Source: an uncultured Candidatus Rokubacteria bacterium
Lineage (GTDB): Bacteria > Methylomirabilota > Methylomirabilia > Rokubacteriales > DASRDR01
Length of the DNA stretch: 64,000 nucleotides
Direction of reading: 5' to 3'
Assembly: GCA_963805625.1 (NCBI GenBank)
Contig: CAWDVE010000016.1
Span: forward strand, 448,001-512,000
Each line of letters begins with the position of its first letter. Position 1 is the first letter of the stretch. A program made the translations under genes and the position numbers. Positions 38,375-48,728 of this stretch are shown piece after piece. Under the pieces are notes generated by a model that worked only from the letters and a program-made list of their open reading frames with translations, did no database searches and had not been told where the DNA came from.

Positions 38375-39283
38375 GTGTTGACGCGAGCTGACCTGGAAGC
38401 GGTGATGCCCCTCGCGGCGAAGTTGCCCGATTCGGTCATCGACGCCCTCGATGCCGCGATGCGTCGCTTCGAGATCAACACGCCGTCGCGGATGGCTGCC
38501 TTCGCGGCCCAGCTCGCTCACGAGTCCAGACAGCTCCAGCGGTGGACCGAGAACCTGAACTATCGCTGGGAGCGTCTGCGCCAGGTCTTTCCGAAGTACT
38601 TCACGTCGGACGCGCAGGCGCAGGCATTCGATCGGAAGCCCGAGCGCATCGCGAACCGCGTGTACGCCAGTCGTCTGGGGAACGGACCGGAAGCCAGCGG
38701 CGACGGCTGGCGCTACCGCGGACGCGGGCCGATCCAGCTCACGGGCAGGGACAACTATCGCGCGTGCGGGTCGGCCATCGGCGTGGATCTCGTCGAGGAC
38801 CCCGATCTCTTGGCGACGCCGGGCCCAGGGTGCCTGGCGGCTGCGTGGTTCTGGGCCCGGAACGGTCTCAATGCGCTGGCGGACGCCGGGGACTTCGTGA
38901 CGATCACGCGGCGGATCAACGGCGGCCTGAACGGCCTCGCCGAGAGGCGGGCGTTCTGGGAGCAGGCCAAAATGGCCTTCGGGGTTCCCGTAGCCGTTCC
39001 AGCCGAGGTTGGTGCCCGGCAGGCAGCGAAAGCCGCTGCGAGACCGCGACGGAAGGTCCGCAGGGCACCCAAGCGTCGGCGGCGACCCGCTCGTTCCAAG
39101 GGCTCGCCGGTGCCCCGCCGGTCGCGGTCTGGCGGCGCGACGAGAGCCCCGCGAACCCGGCGCAAGGCCGCAGCCCGCCCGCGCCGTCCGGCGAAGAAGC
39201 CCTTGCGGCCTACCGGAGGCAAGGGGGCGAGCCGTCGCCGCCGGCGAGTCGCGTCGAAGCGTCCGCGCCGCCGGCGCTCCTGA
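38375..39283 (+). CDS. Glycoside hydrolase family 19 (endolysin-like) with Arg/Lys-rich C-terminal tail
   Basis: AQLAHES, ENLNY, GDGWRYRGRGPIQLTGRDNY, TRRINGGLNG. Confidence 0.88.
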   Translation: MLTRADLEAVMPLAAKLPDSVIDALDAAMRRFEINTPSRMAAFAAQLAHESRQLQRWTENLNYRWERLRQVFPKYFTSDAQAQAFDRKPERIANRVYASRLGNGPEASGDGWRYRGRGPIQLTGRDNYRACGSAIGVDLVEDPDLLATPGPGCLAAAWFWARNGLNALADAGDFVTITRRINGGLNGLAERRAFWEQAKMAFGVPVAVPAEVGARQAAKAAARPRRKVRRAPKRRRRPARSKGSPVPRRSRSGGATRAPRTRRKAAARPRRPAKKPLRPTGGKGASRRRRRVASKRPRRRRS

Positions 39284-39381
39284 CCCGCCTCAGTGGCGTT
39301 CGAGGTCCGCGCTCCTGTCTACGGGTCGAGTGGATGCGCGGCCAGCGTCTCGTCCGCGTCAACGGTGTTTTGACCGGTCAC

Positions 39382-40892
39382 CTAGAAGCCTCTGACCGAC
39401 TGGATGCGGACGGGCAGCTTGCCGGGCGACGACAGGCCGAGGATGCGCGCGAGCGTCTGCTCGATGCCTTCGATCCAGTTATCGAAGCAGCCGTGCACCG
39501 ACCGGATGCTGAACGCCGGGAGCTCCTCGACCACGCGTTCCTCCTCCAGCGCCTCGGCGTCGTCCGAGAGCTTCAGCCAGGACTTTCGCCAGAAGGCGAC
39601 GTCAGGGTTCGGCCTGCCGGGGACCGGCGCCGCGAACACGCCTTCCTTGTCGAGCTTGGGCTCCCAGGTCGCTTCCATGCCGAGGATCGGCGTCTTGTGG
39701 GACGGCTCGAGCGCGCGCGAGACGAGCGCGAGACGAGGTAGAGGAGCGACTTGCCGTACGGTCCCACGGTATCGTTCAGCTCGTTCGAGTTCGACAGGAC
39801 GTCGCAGACGACGTGCTTGGGGTCGATGATCTTTTCCTCGGCCGCCGGCAGGTAGCTGCTGTTCGCGAACGCCACGGTACAGGCGGGGGCATACAGGGAC
39901 ACCGCGCGGGCCGTGAGCCGATTGCGGGCCAGCTGACCGAGGAAGGCGCCGAGCAGGATCGCGCCGGCGGAGTGCCCCACCAGGTGGATCTCGAGATTCG
40001 AGTAGTCCTCGCCGAGCCTGGCGAGACATCTCGCCAGCGCCACCATTGCACCGTCACCTGATGAGGCCGCGACGGCGTTCTGCTTCATCTGGCTCCAGAT
40101 GGGGCGCGCCGGCACGATTGCGGCCGCCTCGATCAGGTAGTCGCGAGCTTCCGAGACCGTGTCGACCAGCGACCGCGTCTTCCGGTCCTGCGCCCCGCTG
40201 ATCAGGCTGCCGATGAAGTCTTCGATGATGTTCTCGATCGTGTCCGCGACTCCCGATTGCCAGGCGATGAACACGGGGTGGATGCCGTTCTGCTCGAACC
40301 ACGGTCCCATCACCTGGGCGCGATCGAGACTGGCGGTGAGATCGTTCAAGCCACCGTGCGCGTAGACGGCGATGCGGCGTCCGCCGTTCCTGGGGCTCTT
40401 GAGCCAGACACGCGCGCTCGACGGCGGCGGCCGCGTCGGCATCCTCGATCGTGACGTGATCCGGAAGTCCTTCGTTGCCGAGGATCACCGTGTGATTGAC
40501 CGCGGTCTCCGTATTCCACGCGTTTGGCCGGGACGGCTCGGCGACCACATCCGCGGTCGCTCCGTTGGCCAGCCCCGCGCCGAGATGGGCGTCCGAGGCT
40601 GAAAGGGTCCGCAGGCTCGTCAGCATGATCGCGGGCGCACGCGCGGCGATGGGAGCGCCCATGACCGCGACCCAGGCGTCGTCACCGTTCGTCAGCCAGT
40701 CGTCGTACGTGACCCGGGCGAAGCCGTGAAAGCCCCAGTCCTCGCCCCACGAGTCTTGCACGATGAAGCCGCTCGCGTCGTAGCCGACGAGTGCGAAGGC
40801 GTGGCGCCACCGACAGGGGCCGTGCCGGATTTCCAGGGAATCGTCGGGATCGCTGACGTGGTGTTCACAATGGAATCCCAGCCCCTGTGCAC
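39382..40892 (-). pseudogene. Fragmented papain-like C1 peptidase / alpha-beta hydrolase fusion
   Basis: HAFALVGY..VQDSWGEDWG, YAHGGLN, HLVGHSAG, YGKSLLYLVS/RALE, HGCFDN spread over several frames. Confidence 0.8.
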
Positions 40893-41303
40893 ATCAACTA
40901 CCTGCTCTTCCGGCAGTTCGTCTTCGGCAAGACGCCGCCGTCACCGACGGTGAGCATGCGCATGATCTACCATCTCGCCCGCAAGCACGACGAGTGGCCC
41001 GGCGAGGACTACGAGGGATCGAGCTGCCGCGGTGCCATGAAGGGCTGGTTCCACCACGGCGAAGCGGCCCGGGCCCGGGCTGCCGACAACCGGTGGAAGC
41101 TCCACGAGTCGAGGCCGTGGCTCCTCGACGATCTGGAGGCGCAGGCGCGCCTCATGGGGCCGGGCTTCGAGCCGTACGGTCTCGGCGAGAAGAACCGCCG
41201 CATGGTCGCCCGATTCTGCGAGGAGCAGCACGCGCAAGGATTGATCCCGCGCCCGCTCGACCCCGACACCGTCTTTGGTGAGTTCGAGGCCCTCGCCGGC
41301 TGA
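40887..41303 (+). pseudogene. Chimeric ORF: inverted C1 peptidase segment fused to a 4,5-dihydroxyphthalate decarboxylase-like C-terminus
   Basis: INYLL..MIYHLARKHDEWPGEDYEGSSCRGAMKGW then PWL..LMG..PYGL..NR..EQHAQGLIPR. Confidence 0.65.
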
Positions 41304-41368
41304 GCGGCGCCGGGCGACCAGCGACGGTGCGGCGCGTCCCCGGTCGCTCTAGGAAGGTCGCCCCGTCC

Positions 41369-41398
41369 TTGACCTCTCCCCGTCGTGGGGGCTAGCCT
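41369..41398 (+). promoter_or_regulatory. Putative sigma70 promoter
   Basis: TTGACC-N18-TAGCCT. Confidence 0.45.
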
Positions 41399-41492
41399 TG
41401 GCGCACCCGAAGGCAGCAGCCTGGTGAGCCTCTGCAGGCGAGGCGGCACCCCGGGCGTGTCCCTGGACGTCACCGTCGGAAGGAGATCGCTC

Positions 41493-42314
41493 ATGAGCAT
41501 CGCCGCGGTCGCCTCAGCTCCGCTCCGCCTCTCGGCCGACGAGCAGGCGGCGTACTCGCGGGACGGGATCGTGATCCCCCAGGCGCGGCTGTCCGCGGTC
41601 ACGGTCGGCCGGCTTCGTAACGCGCTGGACCGGCTGATCGCCGACAACCCCGATCGGCGCCCCGAGCAATTGGTGAACGCCCATCTCCGGGAAGGGCCGG
41701 AGGGTATCCGCGGAAACGATGTCTTCCTGGACATGGCTCGTGACCCGGCGATCGTGGATCTCGTGGCGGGTCTCGTCGGCCCTGACGTGATCCTGTGGGG
41801 TTGCCAGGTGTTCTGCAAGCCGGGCGGCGACGGCATGGAGGTGCCGTGGCACCAGGACGGTCACTACTGGCCCATCCGCCCGCTGGCCACGACAACGGCG
41901 TGGATTGCCATCGACGACTCCACGACCGAGAATGGCTGCATGCGCGTCATCCCCGGCTCGCACGCCCGCGGACTCCTTCCCCACGCCAAGGCCCCGCGGG
42001 ACCGCGTCGTGCTGGACCTGGAGGTGGATGCTGCCGCCTACGACGACGCGACCGCTCGCGACGTTGTCCTGGAGGCCGGCCAGCTCTCGCTCCACGACGT
42101 CCACTTGATTCACGGCTCGCGCCCAAACCGCTCGCCACGGCGCCGGGCCGGGCTGGCCATCCGCTACATGCCGGCCACGTCGCACTTCGACCGCACCATT
42201 GCGCCGATGACCAGCTACGGGACGGCCGTCATCGACTTCTCTCGGCGCCCCCTCTGGCTGGTCCGCGGCACAGACCGCGCCGGAAACGACTTCGCCGTCG
42301 GGCACCCTCGCTAA
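41493..42314 (+). CDS. Phytanoyl-CoA dioxygenase family Fe(II)/2OG oxygenase
   Basis: PWHQD, ENGCMRVIPGSH, HGSRPN..RR; AAGGAG RBS. Confidence 0.92.
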   Translation: MSIAAVASAPLRLSADEQAAYSRDGIVIPQARLSAVTVGRLRNALDRLIADNPDRRPEQLVNAHLREGPEGIRGNDVFLDMARDPAIVDLVAGLVGPDVILWGCQVFCKPGGDGMEVPWHQDGHYWPIRPLATTTAWIAIDDSTTENGCMRVIPGSHARGLLPHAKAPRDRVVLDLEVDAAAYDDATARDVVLEAGQLSLHDVHLIHGSRPNRSPRRRAGLAIRYMPATSHFDRTIAPMTSYGTAVIDFSRRPLWLVRGTDRAGNDFAVGHPR

Positions 42315-42505
42315 CGATTCCGCCCGCAGGTGGCGGGAGGTATGCGAGGCACGCGCCCGGTCAGCACGCAGGTCGCGGACCGTCCATTCCCCGGCCTGGC
42401 GCCGCCGGCCCCTGTCCGACGCTCGGCTGGGCGTGGTAGTCTTGGGCACCCTGCATCGACGTCTCGTCGCCCCCGCGGGGACTCACTGCACCAGGGAGGT
42501 CGCAA

Positions 42506-43831
42506 ATGGCGAAAGGCGCCCGGCTTGTCCTCATGCTCGTCCTGGCCGCCGCCGTCGGGCTCGGCTTCGCGTCGGCCCGAACCGCGGACGCACAAGGGCA
42601 GACGATTAAGATCGGTCTCCTCTACGACCACACCGGGCCGTTCTCGGCCGCCGGCTCGCTCAACGGCTGGCGGGGCACCAAGATGATGATCGACCTGATC
42701 AACGAGAAGGGCGGCGTGCTCGGGAAGTACAAGATCGTCCAGGTCGACGGCGACAGCCAGTCGAAGACCGAGGCGGCGATCAACGAGGCGGAGCGGCTGC
42801 TGAACGTCGAGAAGGTGGACATCCTGGCTGGCATCTACTCGAGCGCGCATGCCGTCCCGCTCGCCGAGAAGGTTGACAAGCAGAAGAAGTTCCTGTGGAT
42901 CACCATTGCGATCTCCGACGCAGTGGTCAAGGACCGCAACCTCGAGTACACGTTCCGTCCGCAGACAAACAGCGGGCTCTTCGGGGTCGCCTCGGTCCAG
43001 TACATCGCCGCCCACGCCCCGGAGAAGTTCAAGAAGGCGGCCAAGGACCTCAGGATCGCCATCATCTACGAGGACGGGCCATACGGTGTCGGGGTGTCCA
43101 GCGCCAACGAGGCCGAGGCCAAGCGCCAAGGGATGCAGATCGTCCTGAAGGAGGGCTACTCGGCCAGCGCGCCGGACCTTTCCTCGCTGGTGACGAAGCT
43201 GCGGGCTGCGCGGCCGGACGTATTGTTCCACACCGGCTACAACCCCGACATCAATTTGTTCCTTCGGCAGAGCAAGGAGCAGGGGCTGCGCGTGCGCGCC
43301 TACATCGGTCACGGCGCCGGCCACAGTCAGCTCGACAAGCTGAAGGAAGCGCTTGGCAATGAGGTCGAGGGCTTCCACACGGTCGATCCGCCGGCCTCCC
43401 AGCTGATCGACCCGAAGCAGCTCAAGGCCGGCGTCGGCGAGCTGACCCAGGAGATGGTGAAGCGGTACAAGGCATACGAGCCGAACATCCCGGTCGGCGC
43501 CATCGCACCGCACGTCTCCATGGGTTTCAACAACATGTGGATCCTGCTGAACGACGTAGTCCCCCGCGCCATCCAGAAGCACGGAGGCTTCACGCCCGAC
43601 GCTCTCGCCAAGGCGGCCCGAGAGACGGACATCCCAGAGGGCGGTACCATGCAGGGCTACGGCGTGAAGTTCTACGGCGAGGGGAACCCGATGCGGGGCC
43701 AGAATGAGCGGGCCATCGCAGCCGTGTACCAGATCGTCGAGGGACGCTTCCAGCACGTCTGGCCCAAGGTCATCGCGATGAACAACCCGCCGGTGCTCCT
43801 GCCGGCGTCCTCTCCGTTTGCCGCACGCTGA
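42506..43831 (+). CDS. Branched-chain amino acid-type ABC substrate-binding protein
   Basis: Signal peptide, IKIG, TGPFS, INEKGGV, YEDGPYG. Confidence 0.92.
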   Translation: MAKGARLVLMLVLAAAVGLGFASARTADAQGQTIKIGLLYDHTGPFSAAGSLNGWRGTKMMIDLINEKGGVLGKYKIVQVDGDSQSKTEAAINEAERLLNVEKVDILAGIYSSAHAVPLAEKVDKQKKFLWITIAISDAVVKDRNLEYTFRPQTNSGLFGVASVQYIAAHAPEKFKKAAKDLRIAIIYEDGPYGVGVSSANEAEAKRQGMQIVLKEGYSASAPDLSSLVTKLRAARPDVLFHTGYNPDINLFLRQSKEQGLRVRAYIGHGAGHSQLDKLKEALGNEVEGFHTVDPPASQLIDPKQLKAGVGELTQEMVKRYKAYEPNIPVGAIAPHVSMGFNNMWILLNDVVPRAIQKHGGFTPDALAKAARETDIPEGGTMQGYGVKFYGEGNPMRGQNERAIAAVYQIVEGRFQHVWPKVIAMNNPPVLLPASSPFAAR

Positions 43832-43927
43832 CCGTAGCGGCGGGGGTCCCGGCGTCCCCGCCGGCCGCTCTACCCCGGGCCGAGGGCGGGACTCGCGCGT
43901 CCTCGGCCCGGCCGATCCCGCCCGGCG

Positions 43928-44671
43928 ATGACGCCCTTGCTCGCGGTGGCCGGCCTCGTCAAGAATTTCGGCGGGTTCACCGCGCTCGCCCGCGTCTCCT
44001 TCGAGGTCGCCGAGGGGGAGATCCTCGGGCTGATCGGCCCGAACGGCTCCGGCAAGACGACGATGTTCAACTGCATCTCCGGGGCTCTCGAGCCCACCTC
44101 GGGGTCCATCCGCTTCCGTGACCAGGAGATTGCCGGGCTCACGCCGGACGCGATCTGTCACCGGGGCGTGGCGCGCACGTTTCAGATCCCGCGTCCGTTC
44201 CGGAAGCTCTCGATCCTGGAGAACGTGGCGGTCGCCGCCCACTTCGGCGCCCAGCGGCGCACGACGGAGGCCGAGGCCCGGGCGCGGGCCCGCGAGGTTC
44301 TCGGACTCGTCGGCCTGCCCGCCGCCGATGAGGACGCGTCCACGGCGCTCCTCGGAGCGGGCGGACTCAAGAAGCTCGAGCTCGCGCGGGCGCTCGCGAC
44401 CGGGCCGAAGCTCCTGCTCGCCGACGAGAGCCTCGGCGGGCTCGACCCCTCCGAGATGGCGAGCGCGGCGGAGATGCTCAAGCGGGTCCGCGGTGAGCTC
44501 GGCGTGACCATCGTGTGGGTCGAGCACATCATGGCCACGCTGATGCGCGTGGTCGACCGCGTCGTCATGCTCGATCACGGCGAGAAGATCGCGGAAGGGC
44601 GTCCGCTCGAGGTGGCCGAGGATCCCCGTGTCATCGAAGCGTACCTCGGCGAAAAGCTGGTAGTGAGCTAA
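43928..44671 (+). CDS. ABC ATPase (LivG-like)
   Basis: GPNGSGKT, ARTFQ, VIEAYLG. Confidence 0.92.
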   Translation: MTPLLAVAGLVKNFGGFTALARVSFEVAEGEILGLIGPNGSGKTTMFNCISGALEPTSGSIRFRDQEIAGLTPDAICHRGVARTFQIPRPFRKLSILENVAVAAHFGAQRRTTEAEARARAREVLGLVGLPAADEDASTALLGAGGLKKLELARALATGPKLLLADESLGGLDPSEMASAAEMLKRVRGELGVTIVWVEHIMATLMRVVDRVVMLDHGEKIAEGRPLEVAEDPRVIEAYLGEKLVVS

Positions 44672-44692
44672 CGCATGTTCGCGGCACGACCG

Positions 44693-44762
44693 GCCGCGGG
44701 TGACGCGGGCGGCGCCCTCCCACCCGACGGCGGGAGGGCAAGCCGGCGGCAGGACCCGCGGC
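44693..44762. repeat. Long intercistronic stem-loop
   Basis: GCCGCGGGT/ACCCGCGGC outer and GCCCTCCC/GGGAGGGC inner inverted repeats. Confidence 0.55.
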
Positions 44763-44781
44763 TGGTCGAGGGCGCCTGACG

Positions 44782-45482
<701 letters not shown>

Positions 45483-45486
<4 letters not shown>

Positions 45487-46349
45487 TCGACCCGATCTTC
45501 CTCGCGGAAGCCGCCATCAACGGCATCCTGCTGGGCGGGATCCTCGCCCTCCTGGCGCTCGGTCTCAACCTCATTTTCGGCGTCATCGAGGTCGTCTGGA
45601 TCGTCTACGTCGATCTGGTCATGCTGTGCATGTACGCGATGTACTTCCTCTACCAGGTTCAGGGCTGGCCCTTCTGGGCGGCAGCGGTCGTGTCGCTCGG
45701 CCTCGGCGCGCTCCTCGGCATGGCCGTCCACCTCCTCGTGATCTCGCCGATCCTGGCGAGCCCGCCGATCAACCAGCTGCTCGCCACTGGCGGCCTCCTC
45801 TTCTTCGTCCAGTCATTCGCGACATTTCTGTGGACCACCGATCACCGGAGCCTGCGCTTCTCTCTTCCGAGCTACGAGGTCGGCGGGATCTTCCTGCCGG
45901 CCACGCGGCTCATCCCGTTTGGGATCTCCATCCTGGCGATGCTGGCCCTCTACTTGTTCTTGACCCGCACCTACATGGGGACCGCGATCCGCGCCGTCGC
46001 CCAGGACCGGGACGCGATGTCGCTCATGGGCGCGAGCCCCCAGCGCGTCTACGTGGTGACCTCCGCCGTGGGCGGCATGATGGCGGGTCTTGCGGGGGCG
46101 CTCCTCGTGTTCCAGTACTCCGTCCATCCGTTCTTCGGCGGGCAGTTCGGGCCGCTCACCTTCATGATCTGCGTGCTGGGCGGGCTGGGGAACATGGTCG
46201 GGGCGTTCGTGGCCTCGTTTGTCATGAGCGAGATCATCTCGATCGCCGGGGTCATCTGGTCCACGGAGATGGGCTACGTCATCGCCTTCCTGGTCTTCAT
46301 CGTCATGATGTTCCTCCGGCCCAGCGGCCTCCTGGCGAGGCGGGAATGA
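45483..46349 (+). CDS. Branched-chain ABC permease (LivH-like)
   Basis: ALGLNLIFGV, GTAIRAVAQD, LGGLG, RPSGL. Confidence 0.92.
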
Positions 46350-47344
46350 GGGCGGCGCGCTCCCTCGCCGGCCGCGGGGCCGCGGTCGGCGTCGGCGTCT
46401 TGCTGCTGGCGGTCCCGCTCTTCCTGACGGGCGGGTGGGGGCAGTACGGGCTCCACGTCCTGATTCAGATCTTCATCTGGTCCTTCATCGGCCAGGCGTG
46501 GTCCCTGATGGGCCGATTCGGGCTGGTGTCGCTCGGGCACGGGGCCTTTCTCGGGCTCGGCGCCTATACGGTCGCGCTCCTCTGGAACTTCTTCGGGCTG
46601 ACGCCGTGGATCGGCGCCGTGGTCGCGGTGGTGGGCACCGGGCTCTTCGCCGCCGTGATCGCGTACCCCTGCTCTCGCTTCCGGGTGGTGGGCCACTACT
46701 TCACGCTCATGACGCTGGCGGTCGGCGAGGTGATCCGCCTGCTCATCATCGCCGAGCGCGACTGGACCGGCGGCTCGCTCGGGCTCACGCTCAAGACCGC
46801 CGGCTCGCACGGCCTGCTGGCGATCCAGTTCGCCGACCGGCGAGTCTTCTACTACGGCGCGCTGGTCCTGTGGGCGGCAGGGCTCTGGGTGTGGTGGCGA
46901 CTCGATCGCTCGATGGCTCGGTCGGCGATGGAGGCGATCGGGGAGGACGAGACGGCGGCGGCCTCCGTCGGCATCCACGTGACGCGGTTCAAGATCGGGA
47001 TCACGGTGCTCTCCGCCGCGCTGACCGCCGTCGGCGGTGTCGCCTACGCGCAGTACATCACGTACGTGAACCCGGAGACCCTGTCGGGGATCGGCGTGTC
47101 GCTCAGGATCGTCTTTGCCGTCGTGCTGGGCGGGATGTACGTGCTCCTCGGGCCGACCGTCGGCACCGCGTTGACGATCGCCCTGAGCGAGTCGCTCCGC
47201 ATCGTCTTCGGACTCAAGTTCATCGGCATGGCCGAGACGATCTACGGCCTCCTGCTCGTGCTCTTCATCATCTTCCTGCCGGCTGGGATCTACGGGTCGC
47301 TCGCGCGGCTCGTCGCGCGCCGTCCCGCCGGGGCGGAGACGTGA
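46346..47344 (+). CDS. Branched-chain ABC permease (LivM-like)
   Basis: SLGHGAFLGLGAY, TGGSLG, EDETAA, PAGI; ATGA overlap. Confidence 0.92.
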   Translation: MRAARSLAGRGAAVGVGVLLLAVPLFLTGGWGQYGLHVLIQIFIWSFIGQAWSLMGRFGLVSLGHGAFLGLGAYTVALLWNFFGLTPWIGAVVAVVGTGLFAAVIAYPCSRFRVVGHYFTLMTLAVGEVIRLLIIAERDWTGGSLGLTLKTAGSHGLLAIQFADRRVFYYGALVLWAAGLWVWWRLDRSMARSAMEAIGEDETAAASVGIHVTRFKIGITVLSAALTAVGGVAYAQYITYVNPETLSGIGVSLRIVFAVVLGGMYVLLGPTVGTALTIALSESLRIVFGLKFIGMAETIYGLLLVLFIIFLPAGIYGSLARLVARRPAGAET

Positions 47345-47369
47345 GCTCCGCGCGGGAGGGACGGCGACC

Positions 47370-48227
47370 GTGACCCGGCGGCAGCAGCTCCGCGCGCTGG
47401 TGGCCGAGCGGCGGGGGCTCGTCGTCCCGGGCGTCTACGACGCCGTGTCGGCCCGGCTCGTCGAGCAGGCGGGGTTTCCCGCGGTGTACATGACCGGTTT
47501 CGGCGTCTCGGCGGCGCGGCTCGGGCTGCCCGACCTCGGGTTCGCGGGACTCGCCGAGATGGTGGACCAGGCGCGGAACCTGGCGAGCGCGGTGTCCATC
47601 CCGCTCATCGCGGACGCGGACACCGGCTACGGCAACGCGCTGCAGGTTCGCCGCACGGTCCAGCAGTACGAGCTGGCAGGCGTCGCCGCCCTCCATCTCG
47701 AGGATCAGGCCGCGCCCAAGCGCTGCGGTCATCTGGCGGGCAAGCAGGTGGTGCCGGTGGAGGAGTTCGCCGGGCGCATCCGGGCGGCGGTCGAGGCGCG
47801 GACCGATCCGGATCTTCTGATCATCGCGCGCACGGACGCGATCGCGGTCACCGGCTTCGAGGACGCGGTCGACCGGGCGGCGGCGGCGGCCCGCGCGGGC
47901 GCGGACGTCCTCTTCGTCGAGGCACCCACGTCCGAGGCCGAGATCGCGGCCCTGCCGCGCCGGCTCGATCGGCCCCTCCTGTTCAACTACGCGCCGAGCG
48001 GCCGGTCGCCGCTTCTCCCGTTCGCTCGCCTGCGCGCCCTCGGCTACGCGATCGTCATCGTGCCGGTCGATCTCCTGTTCGTCGCGACTCGCGCGATGCA
48101 GCGGGCTCTCGCCGAGCTCCGTGACCGGGACGCGACGCTGCAGGATCCCGAGCGCCTCACGTCGTTTCAGGAGTTCTGCGACCTGATCGGCCTCCCGGAA
48201 CAGCTCGGGCTCGGGCAGCGGTACTGA
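47370..48227 (+). CDS. Isocitrate lyase/PEP mutase family lyase (PrpB/2,3-dimethylmalate lyase-like)
   Basis: GLPDLG, DADTGYG, LEDQ..PKRCGH, IARTD. Confidence 0.9.
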   Translation: MTRRQQLRALVAERRGLVVPGVYDAVSARLVEQAGFPAVYMTGFGVSAARLGLPDLGFAGLAEMVDQARNLASAVSIPLIADADTGYGNALQVRRTVQQYELAGVAALHLEDQAAPKRCGHLAGKQVVPVEEFAGRIRAAVEARTDPDLLIIARTDAIAVTGFEDAVDRAAAAARAGADVLFVEAPTSEAEIAALPRRLDRPLLFNYAPSGRSPLLPFARLRALGYAIVIVPVDLLFVATRAMQRALAELRDRDATLQDPERLTSFQEFCDLIGLPEQLGLGQRY

Positions 48228-48263
48228 CGGGCCGGAGCCGGGCGGCAGGGCCGAGGTCATGAG

Positions 48264-48728
48264 ATGACGTGCTATCTCGTCCGTCACGGGACGGCGGCGA
48301 CCGGATCCGACGACCGGACGCGTCCGCTCACGCCGGAGGGACGAGCCGAGGTCGAGGCGACGGCGCGGGCCCTCGTGGCCCGCGGGGCGGAGGTGGCCGA
48401 GATTCGCCACTCGGGGCTGGTCCGCGCACGCGAGACCGCCGAGATCCTGGGCCGCGTCCTGATGCCCGCGCGCGGCATCCGGGCGACGACCGGCCTCGCG
48501 CCCGAGGACGACCCCGATGTTGCGGCGGCGGAGCTCGGGCTGGTCGCGGCGCCCCTCATGCTGGTGGGCCACTTGCCGCACCTGGCGCGTCTGATGGCCG
48601 CGCTCGTCGGAGGTGCGAAGCTCGTGGGGATCCACTTCGCCCCGGGGACGGCCGTGGGGCTCAGGCGCGGCCCGGGCAGCTGGGAGCTGGAGCTGGTCGT
48701 CCCGCCGCGCGTCGGAGCGGCGCCCTGA
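48264..48728 (+). CDS. sixA: Phosphohistidine phosphatase SixA
   Basis: LVRHG, RPLT, RARETA, LVGHLP. Confidence 0.85.
   Translation: MTCYLVRHGTAATGSDDRTRPLTPEGRAEVEATARALVARGAEVAEIRHSGLVRARETAEILGRVLMPARGIRATTGLAPEDDPDVAAAELGLVAAPLMLVGHLPHLARLMAALVGGAKLVGIHFAPGTAVGLRRGPGSWELELVVPPRVGAAP

Noticed and set aside
38375-41303. Prophage remnant around the GH19 gene
   Set aside because: No holin, structural, integrase or att features recognised
43837-43863. GCGGCGGGGGTC..TCCCCGCCG hairpin similar to 56317-56345 as a REP family
   Set aside because: Only two imperfect GC-rich copies, one probably within a signal-peptide coding region
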